This document shows, piece after piece, positions 36,547 through 45,306 of a stretch of DNA of 64,000 bases; positions within the stretch are counted from its first letter, which is position 1; every line of letters starts with the position of its first letter. The stretch is from a virus: IMG/VR virus record IMGVR_UViG_3300009285_005630; one strand, given 5' to 3'. The translations under genes and the position numbers were made by a program. The notes beneath the pieces are model-generated. The model was not told the DNA's origin. It was given only the letters and a program-made list of their open reading frames with translations, and ran no database searches.

Positions 36547-37023
36547 TTGATGTGCGATTCTGCTGTTGGCCGCACTTTCTGGAGTTCTGGCAACCCGCCT
36601 TATGCTTTCCTGGCCGGAGGGATCACCGGATGTGAGGAATGGCAGGCAAAGGTTGTTGAAGCATTGAAAGACGAGCCTGTCCTGCTGATTAACCCACGAC
36701 GCGCCAACTTCCCCGTGGAGGACAAGCACGCGGCATTTGACCAGATCAAGTGGGAGTTCTCCTGTTTGGCTTTGGCGGATCGGATTCTGTTCTGGTTCGC
36801 CAAGGAGCAAATCCAACCCATCGTTCTCTATGAGTTCGGACGGTGGCTGGCCTTGAGCACTAAGCCTTTGTTCGTCGGTGTGCATCCGGCGTACCCACGT
36901 CGTCAGGACGTGTACATTCAAGGGATGTTGGCGTATTCAAGCTTGGAAATTTCCTCCTCCTTGGATGCGCTCATTTGGCGGGTCAAGAACAACCTACGGC
37001 AGGCCCAAGAGTTCGGAAAATAA
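36547..37023 (+). CDS. Nucleoside 2-deoxyribosyltransferase-like protein
   Basis: FLAGGITG...WQ...NPRR...QIKWE...AD.ILFWF...PIVLYEFG. Confidence 0.75.
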   Translation: MMCDSAVGRTFWSSGNPPYAFLAGGITGCEEWQAKVVEALKDEPVLLINPRRANFPVEDKHAAFDQIKWEFSCLALADRILFWFAKEQIQPIVLYEFGRWLALSTKPLFVGVHPAYPRRQDVYIQGMLAYSSLEISSSLDALIWRVKNNLRQAQEFGK

Positions 37024-37044
37024 CAACAGTTTAACGGAGGGGAT

Positions 37045-37398
37045 ATGTACATTCGCTACTACCATTTTCGACGGCACTTCAACGGCATCAACTACTTCGA
37101 GTTGTTTCCAGGTGCCCGTGATGCTGAGCCCTTGGGAGGTGTGACGGTTGCCCTGGACAAGGACACGGGGAAGATCGGGATGGCCGTGTGCTCGCATCGG
37201 GATTTCTACAACCGCAAGAAGGGTCGGGAGAAGTCCTATGCCCGGCTGAAAGTGGCATGCCATCAGAATGTGGATGCTTGCGCCCCATGCATGAAGTTCG
37301 TAGACGAACAGGAAGCCGTGATCGGCATTGTCTTGCGCGTCCTCAAATCGCAGAACTCTACGACGCCACTCAAAGCCTTGCGCGTCCTGTTCGAGTAG
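37045..37398 (+). CDS. Phage hypothetical protein
   Basis: GMAVCSHRDFYNRKKGR motif; SD GGAGG. Confidence 0.55.
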   Translation: MYIRYYHFRRHFNGINYFELFPGARDAEPLGGVTVALDKDTGKIGMAVCSHRDFYNRKKGREKSYARLKVACHQNVDACAPCMKFVDEQEAVIGIVLRVLKSQNSTTPLKALRVLFE

Positions 37399-37400
37399 CA

Positions 37401-37428
37401 TTGACAAACACGGAAAATCTGCTATAAT
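37401..37428 (+). promoter_or_regulatory. Sigma70-type promoter
   Basis: TTGACA-16-TATAAT with TG extension. Confidence 0.8.
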
Positions 37429-37459
37429 CGCGTAGTAAATTACTCTAATGGGGGTAGCC

Positions 37460-37873
37460 ATGACGCCTCTGATAGGACAGTTCTTGGGCATCGAAGCGGA
37501 CAAGCCGACGGCGACAGGCCGAGTGTATCCTAAGAGTGTTCTCGCTTCCCTGGTGTGTCAAGCTCGTCAGGATAAAACGGATATCCCAGGATTTTACGGT
37601 AACCTGACCGACGCTTGGCAACCGCCTTCCGTAGACACGTGCGCTTTCACGGCCAGGAACGTTCGGCTGGAGCGCGAACGGCTGGTGTGTGACGTGGCCG
37701 TGGTAGACACGCCTGCTGGTCGAAAACTCCGGAAGGACCTCGCCGCCAAGAAGAACGTCCCATTCACGCTGGCCGTCACGGCGTCATTACGCAGGGACGC
37801 GGAAGGCAGAGAGGTGATTGGTGATGATGTCAAGTTGTGCGGGGTATCCGCCGTGCTGGTCGATGGACAGTGA
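37460..37873 (+). CDS. Degenerate T4 gp21-like prohead protease paralogue
   Basis: ADKPTATGRVYPKSVL and DTPAGRKL match N.NGR.YP..L and L.TP.G..L; the GELDHP and SSRG equivalents are absent. Confidence 0.55.
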   Translation: MTPLIGQFLGIEADKPTATGRVYPKSVLASLVCQARQDKTDIPGFYGNLTDAWQPPSVDTCAFTARNVRLERERLVCDVAVVDTPAGRKLRKDLAAKKNVPFTLAVTASLRRDAEGREVIGDDVKLCGVSAVLVDGQ

Positions 37874-37895
37874 CGCAGTGCATAGGAGGGAATCC

Positions 37896-38264
37896 GTGAC
37901 GCAACAGAACTGTGTTGGGAAGGTCCACTACCCGCTGTGGTATCGTCTGACCAACCTTATTCCTGCAATTCGGAGGAAACGGCAAGCGATCTGGGACAAT
38001 GTACTTAAGCGCAAAGGGCCTTTCATTTACCTTCCCTATACGCCTGTGTATAAACCCCTTTCCATGGATGACATTGTACGTGGGTACAGCCCCTTGTGGG
38101 CGAGACTGCTCTATTTCCTGCCCGTGGTGCGTCGCTATGCCAATCGGAGATTCTCCCGGATGCCTATGGTTAGAGCCTATGCGCAGAGGCCCATCAACAA
38201 GATGTTCTACCAGGTGGGCACGATTAACACGGGTAAACACGACGCTGGAGACTCCCATGAATGA
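37896..38264 (+). CDS. Hypothetical protein with internal repeat and gp23 C-terminal-like segments
   Basis: YPLWYRL..IPAIRR / YSPLWARL..LPVVRR repeat; FIYLPYTPV and RAYAQRPINKMFY. Confidence 0.45.
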   Translation: MTQQNCVGKVHYPLWYRLTNLIPAIRRKRQAIWDNVLKRKGPFIYLPYTPVYKPLSMDDIVRGYSPLWARLLYFLPVVRRYANRRFSRMPMVRAYAQRPINKMFYQVGTINTGKHDAGDSHE

Positions 38265-39045
38265 GGCTATTCGTGTCCCCGGCATGACTGAGGAGGAATG
38301 CAGGCAGTTGATCCCGCCAGGGACGTTCCTGTTGGGCTACGCAGGCTCCCGAGCGCATGGCACCTATCCCCCGCCGGAGGTTCCCGGATCCGTTGACGAC
38401 ATAGACCTGATGGGCGTCGCGTTCGCCAAGCCGGAAGTCTACCTGGGACTGGCTCAATGGGATCACGTCCAGATCATCCGGGGCCAGTGGGACGTGACAG
38501 CCTATGAAGTCCGCAAGTTCGTCCGGCTCCTGCTCAAGCAGAATCCTAACGTGCTTAGCCTGCTGTGGTTGCCTGATGAGTGCTACGTCCATCAGACCCC
38601 CGCAGGGCAATGTTTAGTGAATAACCGAGATCTCTTCACGTCAACGCAGATATTCCATTCCTTTGCGGGATACGCCTATGAGCAGCTCCGGCACATGGAA
38701 CAGCGTTCCGTCAATTCCCGCATGGGGGAGAAGCGGCGGAAGGTCGTCCAGCGGTACGGTTATGATTGCCTTGCGGCTAGCCACCTGATACGGCTCTTGC
38801 GCATGGCCATTGAGTTCCTTGGCGATGGTATTCTGCGCGTCCGGCGTCCGGATGCCTCCGGTCTGTTGGAGATCAAAACCGGGCTACGGACTCTGGAAAG
38901 CGTGAACGCGGAGGCCACCAAGCTATTCAAGAAAGCTGAAACTGCCTTTGCGAAGTCGCCGTTGCCTGCCACGCCGCAGACGCGCAAGGCGGAAGAACTG
39001 CTGATGGAGATCGTGCGCAACTACTTGCTGATGGGTGTTGCGTGA
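38257..39045 (+). CDS. RlaP-like (Pol beta superfamily) nucleotidyltransferase
   Basis: GSRAHGT...DDIDLMGV...YEVRKFVRLLLKQNPNVL...ASHLIRLL. Confidence 0.8.
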   Translation: MNEAIRVPGMTEEECRQLIPPGTFLLGYAGSRAHGTYPPPEVPGSVDDIDLMGVAFAKPEVYLGLAQWDHVQIIRGQWDVTAYEVRKFVRLLLKQNPNVLSLLWLPDECYVHQTPAGQCLVNNRDLFTSTQIFHSFAGYAYEQLRHMEQRSVNSRMGEKRRKVVQRYGYDCLAASHLIRLLRMAIEFLGDGILRVRRPDASGLLEIKTGLRTLESVNAEATKLFKKAETAFAKSPLPATPQTRKAEELLMEIVRNYLLMGVA

Positions 39046-39110
39046 CATACATCACCGGTCGGTCTGAGCGTGAGAAGGCATAGGGAACCCATCGGGAGTA
39101 CCTGGACCAC

Positions 39111-39242
39111 ATGCCGGTGGTGATGACGGATCAGCACTGCGGCCGGTTGCATCGTTGTCCGCTCTGTGGCAAGGAGGAGTGGAGCGTCTGGGGCCGTGCA
39201 CGGAAGCATTGGGAATCACATAAGAAGGGGAACAAAGTATGA
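39111..39242 (+). CDS. Small C2H2-zinc-finger-like peptide
   Basis: CPLCGK...KHWESH; below the track cutoff. Confidence 0.3.
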   Translation: MPVVMTDQHCGRLHRCPLCGKEEWSVWGRARKHWESHKKGNKV

Positions 39243-39405
39243 ACCTACGCTACTTATGTCAAAATGTGGTTGCAATTTACAAACCGGAGATACTGTGCCT
39301 GTTGCTCAAGGCATTGCCGTATTCATCAAGCCGTGTCTGATATGCAAAGAGATCGAAGAAAAAGGTGCTAAAGCAAAGAAGCCAAAGAAGCCGAGGACTA
39401 AATGA
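39239..39405 (+). pseudogene. Zinc-ribbon protein split by a 1-nt deletion (real or sequencing error)
   Basis: Restoring one A in the A4 run at 39261-39264 gives MNLRYLCQKCG...IKPCLICKE, similar to the ORF at 47002. Confidence 0.5.
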
Positions 39406-39427
39406 GCGTTCTTGAGGAATCAGTACG

Positions 39428-39547
39428 ATGAAAATAGCCTTGACAAGGCAACAGGCTATAGCGCTGTGCCTATCTATTGCTATTGCCGTATTCGCTATCC
39501 TCCAATGGCTTGAGGTCATTGAAATCCAGGACAAAGCTACAGAATGA
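39428..39547 (+). CDS. 39-aa membrane peptide
   Basis: Single TM segment; stop overlaps the MTase ATG. Confidence 0.4.
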   Translation: MKIALTRQQAIALCLSIAIAVFAILQWLEVIEIQDKATE

Positions 39548-41025
39548 AGACAACACTCTTATGCGGTGATGCGCTGGAAGTCCTCCGAACACTTCCCGAT
39601 AATTTCGCAAGTTGCTGTGTTACGTCTCCTCCCTATCTCGGGTTGCGGGATTATTTAGTCTCCGGCCAGATTGGGCAAGAAGTCCTGCCGGAAGAGTATG
39701 TTGCTAACTTGGTAGCCGTCTTTCGGGAGGTTCGGCGAGTTCTACACGATAGTGGGACGTGCTGGATTGTGATGGGCGATGCTTACTGCGGTGGTGGTCG
39801 CACGGGAAAGGGCGGTAAACAGATATGGGGTGGAATGGAAAAGAGTCAAAGTGGGCGTGGGCTGGCGTACGGTCAGCCGACGGGAAAGTTGCCGGGAATT
39901 AAAACCAAGGACATGCTTGGCCTGCCTTGGATGCTGGCCTTTGCGCTCAGAACTGATGGCTGGTACTTGCGGCGTGACATAATCTGGACGAAAGAAAACT
40001 GTATGCCATCTTCCGTCAAGGACAGACCAACATGCAATCACGAGACGATCTTTCTCTTGTCTAAAAAGCCCAACTACTTTTATGACTACGTGGCGGGATT
40101 GGAAGACGCTGTGTCCGCATCCGCTCATGACGTGACGGGCCAAGGGTACGCTGCGCCAGGACAATCCCCACAGAAGGGCTCCCGTCCGCGTGGTGGCAAG
40201 AGTGCCTTTCGTGGCCAGGGTCACCAGCGTTCTACTCCGTCAGGCCCGGCGAACCGCTCAGGAAGAGACATGCAGACGGTTGGACCGGGAATCATTAGGC
40301 TTGCAGCGTCCGGCAATAAAGAGCGCCGCTTTGGTGAAGATGCGGGGCGTCCAGGTAGCCATCTCGGAAGGTCTGTTCCGTGGGAAGGCTTCAAGCGCAA
40401 CCGGAGGACAGTGTGGTCCGTTCCAACCGTTCCGTTCAACGGGAAGAAGTTTGGCGCACAGGATCACTTCGCCGTATTCCCCTTACGGCTCATCGAACCC
40501 ATGATCCAGATAGCCACGAGTGAGTATGGCATATGTTCTCAATGCGGAACGCCTTGGGAACGCGAGTACCGGAAGAAAACAGTGTTCCTATCCGGATCCG
40601 GCAAAGCAGGAAAAGCACCTGTGGGGAAACATGCTGGATCGGAGCAAGTACAAAGCGGCGAATATGATGTGCGCATGGGCGCATATATGGCATACGAGAC
40701 AACCTGCTGGAAGCCGACATGCGCATGTGAAGCGCCTCCAGTCCCCGCCGTTGTGCTGGACCCGTTCTGCGGGAGCGGCAGTGTCGGCGTCGTGTGCAAA
40801 CACTATGGCCGGTCCTTTATCGGTATCGACCTGCACCCCGGCAACGTTGAACTGTCCAGCAGGCGCATTGCCCTGGATGACTCGTTGAATAAGACTCCGC
40901 GCGCCGTCAAGCCCCGAAAGGGCAAGGACGCGCCTCGGCATATCCCGATGGCTGGACTCTTACCAAACTTTGACTTGACAAACGAGAAATTGCCTGTAAG
41001 ATTAACACCTGTAGAAGAGGAGTGA
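39544..41025 (+). CDS. Beta-class amino DNA methyltransferase (probably N4-cytosine)
   Basis: TSPPY catalytic motif N-terminal to DPFCGSG SAM-binding motif; HFAVFP. Confidence 0.9.
   Translation: MKTTLLCGDALEVLRTLPDNFASCCVTSPPYLGLRDYLVSGQIGQEVLPEEYVANLVAVFREVRRVLHDSGTCWIVMGDAYCGGGRTGKGGKQIWGGMEKSQSGRGLAYGQPTGKLPGIKTKDMLGLPWMLAFALRTDGWYLRRDIIWTKENCMPSSVKDRPTCNHETIFLLSKKPNYFYDYVAGLEDAVSASAHDVTGQGYAAPGQSPQKGSRPRGGKSAFRGQGHQRSTPSGPANRSGRDMQTVGPGIIRLAASGNKERRFGEDAGRPGSHLGRSVPWEGFKRNRRTVWSVPTVPFNGKKFGAQDHFAVFPLRLIEPMIQIATSEYGICSQCGTPWEREYRKKTVFLSGSGKAGKAPVGKHAGSEQVQSGEYDVRMGAYMAYETTCWKPTCACEAPPVPAVVLDPFCGSGSVGVVCKHYGRSFIGIDLHPGNVELSSRRIALDDSLNKTPRAVKPRKGKDAPRHIPMAGLLPNFDLTNEKLPVRLTPVEEE
40975..41002 (+). 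promoter_or_regulatory. Sigma70-type promoter inside the MTase 3' end
   Basis: TTGACA-16-TAAGAT. Confidence 0.55.
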
Positions 41026-41027
41026 CC

Positions 41028-41348
41028 ATGCGATTTGAAATCCATGTGTATCATCACATTGACAGCGCAACCAATGAAAAACTGGACCGTATACTCCACG
41101 CGCTGGAGGCCGTTCAGAGAAAGGAGGATGCCATGTCCGTGGAACTGGATGCTTTGCAGGCACAGGTCGAAGCCAATGCGTCGTTGGAGCAGTCGGCCAT
41201 CGCGCTGATCACGGGGATTGCGGAGCAGCTCGCCGCCATCAAGGATGATCCGGCCAAGATCGCCGCCCTGTCCGCGTCGCTCAAGGCCAGCGCCGATTCC
41301 CTTTCGGCCGCCATTCTGGCCAACACGCCTGCCGCACCTCCGGCCTGA
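41028..41348 (+). CDS. Small Ala-rich coiled-coil protein
   Basis: ELDALQAQV..N.S...SA..LI.G...DPAKI.AL...L.AAILANTP pattern. Confidence 0.65.
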   Translation: MRFEIHVYHHIDSATNEKLDRILHALEAVQRKEDAMSVELDALQAQVEANASLEQSAIALITGIAEQLAAIKDDPAKIAALSASLKASADSLSAAILANTPAAPPA

Positions 41349-41375
41349 ACCACCGGCAACGAAGCATGAACACAC

Positions 41376-41406
41376 GGGTCGGGCACAGGTCCGGCCCTTT
41401 TCTTTT
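41376..41406 (+). terminator. Intrinsic terminator
   Basis: GGGTCGG/CCGGCCC stem plus TTTTCTTTT. Confidence 0.8.
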
Positions 41407-41410
41407 CCCA

Positions 41411-41439
41411 TTGACAAACCCACTAACCTATGATATAAT
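41411..41439 (+). promoter_or_regulatory. Sigma70-type promoter, probably leaderless transcript
   Basis: TTGACA-17-TATAAT with TG extension; ATG 6 nt downstream. Confidence 0.85.
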
Positions 41440-41445
41440 CCTACC

Positions 41446-41673
41446 ATGAGTTTACGCGATAATCCCTCTTGCAGGATTGAGTTCGGCGATTCCGGCCCGG
41501 ATAGCTTAGGCCGAAGGCGTTTCACGTTGCTTTGGGAAGACGCTGGAAACGAATGGATTAAGGAGCCTTCCAAGCAAGACGGCAAGCCCGTCGGCCACAG
41601 GCGGGCGCAGTGCTTTTTCGCTGCCCCTGAGAAGCAAGGGTTTACCGTACACGGAGAAAGGCTCCCGCAATGA
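41446..41673 (+). CDS. Hypothetical protein
   Basis: Leaderless-type start after the promoter. Confidence 0.55.
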   Translation: MSLRDNPSCRIEFGDSGPDSLGRRRFTLLWEDAGNEWIKEPSKQDGKPVGHRRAQCFFAAPEKQGFTVHGERLPQ

Positions 41674-42236
41674 CGTGTGTCGTCGGGCTCGTGGAACGCT
41701 CCGGGGTTGTGTGGATGGGTGGAGATACCCTTGGATCGAATGGTCACTACATCATCCAGCGCCGGGATCCTAAGGTATTCCGGCGAGGGTCTTACTTGAT
41801 TGGCTACACCTCCTCCTTTCGCATGGGGAACCTCCTGCGCTATGAGGGGACCCTTCCGGAGTGGTCACAGAACGGTTATACCCTGCCGGAGTTCATGGTG
41901 CGGGAGTTCGTGCCGGTCGTGCGCCAACTCCTGAAAGACTCCGGCTACGCGGAGATCGTCAATAATCAGGAGTTTGGTGGCACGTTCTTGGTGGCCGTAG
42001 CCGGAGAACTGTTTGAGATTAGCAATGACTTCCAAGTGGGGCAGCCCTCGGACGCCTACGCGGCTATTGGAGGCGGCCGGGAGGTGGCCTTGGGCGCGAT
42101 GTTCGCTGCGGCGGGACAATCCCCCAGGACCCGGATTGAAATGGCCCTGAGGGCCTCGGAGCGCTTTACCGCCGGTGTGCGCCGCCCGTTCACGATCTTG
42201 AGGTTGCCGGCGCCTAAAAGAGGGAATCATGCCTGA
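41670..42236 (+). CDS. Ntn-hydrolase (HslV/proteasome beta-like) peptidase
   Basis: N-terminal M-T-C-V-V-G, GGD, K, AIGGG...ALGAM pattern. Confidence 0.75.
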   Translation: MTCVVGLVERSGVVWMGGDTLGSNGHYIIQRRDPKVFRRGSYLIGYTSSFRMGNLLRYEGTLPEWSQNGYTLPEFMVREFVPVVRQLLKDSGYAEIVNNQEFGGTFLVAVAGELFEISNDFQVGQPSDAYAAIGGGREVALGAMFAAAGQSPRTRIEMALRASERFTAGVRRPFTILRLPAPKRGNHA

Positions 42237-43447
42237 GTGTACAGCGTGCCAGAATCGAGGGAAGACTTGGCAGGGGGGCGATCCGGTATGTGCGTTTCCG
42301 AACGGCGTGTTTGACTCCTCTAATTGGAACATGCGCGTCTTTCATCACACGGACAATGACGGTAAGTGTGCGGCGGCTATCGTCCTGCTGGCGTATCCTT
42401 CCCAGGACATTCAGCTAACGCCGGTGGACTACAAGGACCCCTTCCCCTTCGACGGCATCAAACCTAACGAGGAAGTCTGGATCGTGGACTTCCACTTGGC
42501 CACGAAAGAGAACTGGGAGCGCCTCCTGGCCATCACGCCCAATGTCAAGTGGTTTGACCATCACGTCACGGCGGTGGAGAAGTTCCAGGAGTACAAGGAT
42601 CGGATCCCAGGCACACGTGCGGTCGGAAAGGCCGGGTGTATGCTCGTGTGGGAGTATCTCTTCCCTCGACGCCGGTTCCGTTGACGCTCCAGATGGTCAA
42701 CGCCTTCGACCTATGGAAATTCCAGTACGGCGATGTTGTGCATATCTTCCAGTGTGGGTTGAACTCCTTTGATACCAGCCCGGAGCAACCCTATGGGCAA
42801 CGTTGCTTCTCCCCAAAGGCATGAAAACTTCCCGTGACCGGTTGCGCATGACGCAAGACATGCTGACGCAGAACATCCAAACACGGGGAAAGGCTGTTCT
42901 GGACTATACCGAGCAGGCCAGCGCCAACCTGATGCGCGGCCTATCCTTCCGCACGGAACTGGATGGGTTAGCCTGTGTCGCATGCAACACCGCGTACACG
43001 GGCAGCTTTGCCTTTCGTTCCGTGCGCGACAACGCCACCCCGCTCATGGCGGCATTCTGCTTCGACGGCAAGCGCTGGACGGTGACGGTGTACAGTGAGA
43101 CCGTGGACGTGTCCACAATCGCGGCTAAGCGGGGCGGAGGCGGGCACAAGAACGCCGCCGGATGGGTCTGTGACACACTGCCCCAGGAGTTTCAGATCAA
43201 GCCAGCTATCGGCACTGGAGCCCGTGAGGCGCTGGCCAACTACGCCCATGAGGCTTGGACAGGCTGGACGAAGCACTTGTTCTCCAAATGCTCAATGCAA
43301 TCTGATGACACGCTGGCGATACCTCCAGACGTTGTAGACCGGGCGCAACGGCAAATGGCGACGAAGTTCATTGATTTGCCTGACGAGGAGAAAGCAAGCG
43401 ACTTGGAACAGGCGGACGCTATCCTGCGCGTGCTGGCAAACCAATGA
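42229..43447 (+). pseudogene. DHH/DHHA1 phosphoesterase broken by two 1-nt deletions, with extra N- and C-terminal modules
   Basis: HTDNDG, IVDF and FDHH in frame 1; PVP...FDLWKF in frame 2; GGGGHKNAAG in frame 3; shifts near 42670 and 42790. Confidence 0.8.
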
Positions 43448-43674
43448 GCGAAAAGTCAACGGCGTCTGTCTTTGTCAAAATAATCACTTCGGATTATGTT
43501 TACATGCCGGGGGTCGTGTTGCATGAGGACATGCCCGCACGCCCTCCAGTTGCCAATTTTCTTCCCTACATCCCACTCCCCGCGCCTACGCACGGTTGCC
43601 GGTATTGCGGACGAAGGGGGATCACGACGGGTAACTGCCCCGGTTGCGGCGCACCGGATGAGGGGGTCCTATGA
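43444..43674 (+). CDS. Small zinc-ribbon protein
   Basis: CRYCG...CPGCGA. Confidence 0.55.
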   Translation: MSEKSTASVFVKIITSDYVYMPGVVLHEDMPARPPVANFLPYIPLPAPTHGCRYCGRRGITTGNCPGCGAPDEGVL

Positions 43675-44135
43675 TCAACCATCCTACAACGGAGATCACG
43701 CAGCTCTGGAATAACTTCGGATTTCTCTGGTCCATAGACTTCCGAGCGCCGGAACAGTTTATGGTGACTTGTGCGAGCATAAAAGAAACCGATGGTCCGT
43801 TCATATCGTACGAGGAAGCCTTTGTTCGGGTTGATCAATTCTTCTCAGCGTACTTACGGAAAACGAACACGCCGCCCCGCGAATTCTCCCTCTGCAAGCC
43901 AACAGGCGCAGGTAGCCGTCAAATCCTTGGTGTGCAAAGACTATGGTGTTTGCGTATTCTTGGGAAGAACGGCAAGTTGTTGAATGTGGATGGACCGTCG
44001 CTCTGTGGGCGCATCCAAGCTGGTTTAGGCAAAGATGTTGTCCAGCCCGTCGAGAGTGTGAAGCTATCCCATCTATGCCTTGAGTGCGCGAGGATTTATA
44101 TTGACATTGCGCGCCGACTCGCGGGCCAACGCTAA
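43671..44135 (+). CDS. Hypothetical protein
   Basis: Overlapping start. Confidence 0.5.
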   Translation: MINHPTTEITQLWNNFGFLWSIDFRAPEQFMVTCASIKETDGPFISYEEAFVRVDQFFSAYLRKTNTPPREFSLCKPTGAGSRQILGVQRLWCLRILGKNGKLLNVDGPSLCGRIQAGLGKDVVQPVESVKLSHLCLECARIYIDIARRLAGQR

Positions 44136-44150
44136 TTCAGGAGAGCAAAC

Positions 44151-45014
44151 ATGAAGATCAAATCCATCACCATCGCCCCTGACGTGGAAGCCGTGTTGCG
44201 GCAAGCAGTGCTTATGGGTAACATGCTCGTTCTCCAAGGCCAGTTGTCCCGTGACCTCTATGTCAAGACCAACAAGGTTTTGGAACTCGTCGGATTCAAG
44301 TGGAGTAAAAAGTTCAAAGGCCACGTCGGGGAAGGGGACTCTATGGACCGGTTGAAGGAAGCGTTGTCCGGCGGAACCGTAGTGGACGAGAAAGCAACCT
44401 TCCAGTTCTACGAGACGCCAGATGACCTGGCCGACCGCATGGTGGAGTTGGCGAATATCAGAGAAGGGGACCGCGTGTTGGAGCCCAGCGCAGGCAAAGG
44501 GGCCTTGGTCCACGCCATTTTCCGCAGACACAAGAGCTTCCCGCGTGTCTTTGTTTGTGAACTGGAGCCGAAGATGCGTGCGGCCCTGTCGCAAATCCCC
44601 GGCGTTGCCATCACCGGGGAAGACTTTTTAGCTCATCGTGCTTTCTACGATTGCATCATTATGAACCCGCCATTCTCCGATGGACAGGACATTGCACACG
44701 TCCAGCACGCCTACACACTACTCTCCACCGGCGGTGTCCTGGTGGCGATCACGTCACCCTCGTGGACGTTCAACGCGGCGAAGAAGTATCAAGCCTTCCG
44801 CGCGTGGCTGAATGAGTTGCGCGTGGGGGATGCCGTGCGTGTGGACGAGGAACTGCCGGAGGGGACGTTCAAGGCCAGTGGAACCTGCGTGAACTCCCGG
44901 ATGCTGTGCATTCAAAAGCCGCGCGCACTGGCGGATCAACTTGTGACGCCCATCCAGTACCCAATGGTCTCCCAGCGGAGCAAGATAACCTTCATCGAAG
45001 ACTCGAAGGAGTAG
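44151..45014 (+). CDS. Gamma-class N6-adenine DNA methyltransferase
   Basis: FYETP, VLEPSAGKG (SAM binding) preceding MNPPF (catalytic); ELP.GTFK.SGT. Confidence 0.85.
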   Translation: MKIKSITIAPDVEAVLRQAVLMGNMLVLQGQLSRDLYVKTNKVLELVGFKWSKKFKGHVGEGDSMDRLKEALSGGTVVDEKATFQFYETPDDLADRMVELANIREGDRVLEPSAGKGALVHAIFRRHKSFPRVFVCELEPKMRAALSQIPGVAITGEDFLAHRAFYDCIIMNPPFSDGQDIAHVQHAYTLLSTGGVLVAITSPSWTFNAAKKYQAFRAWLNELRVGDAVRVDEELPEGTFKASGTCVNSRMLCIQKPRALADQLVTPIQYPMVSQRSKITFIEDSKE

Positions 45015-45017
45015 ACT

Positions 45018-45266
45018 TTGGCCTATTCTTTCTGCGAGTCCACAACAGCCTCTTCCAGGAGCCCTTGGTGCATTCGCAGGCTGACGGACGCGGGGAGGAA
45101 GACTGGAGGTGGCGTAGATACACCGTCCCTGTGTGGCCGCGTGCGAGAAGGGCGAGGCTGGGATCTTACCGTCGAACTGGTCTCCTACCATCTAACCAAG
45201 AATGCCTGCCCTGCATGCAAGGATATCTTCGATCAAGAGACACGCGCCGTTGAGTTGACAAAGTAA
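45018..45266 (+). CDS. Small Cys-containing protein
   Basis: SD AAGGAG before TTG. Confidence 0.45.
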   Translation: MAYSFCESTTASSRSPWCIRRLTDAGRKTGGGVDTPSLCGRVREGRGWDLTVELVSYHLTKNACPACKDIFDQETRAVELTK

Positions 45267-45283
45267 TAAATTGCGGGTATAAT
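45255..45283 (+). promoter_or_regulatory. Sigma70-type promoter
   Basis: TTGACA-17-TATAAT. Confidence 0.8.
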
Positions 45284-45306
45284 AGCCAAGTATCATAGGA
45301 GGCACC

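Noticed and set aside
39042-39242. In-frame TAG at 39081 between a short upstream ORF and the C2H2-like peptide, suggesting amber recoding
   Set aside because: Isolated case; TAG ends many genes here exactly where the next gene's SD or start begins (e.g. 974, 2161, 3609, 20848), so the standard code fits.
39440-39460. TTGACA followed by TATAGC
   Set aside because: Spacer only 11 nt and lacks the AA extension; lies inside a coding sequence.
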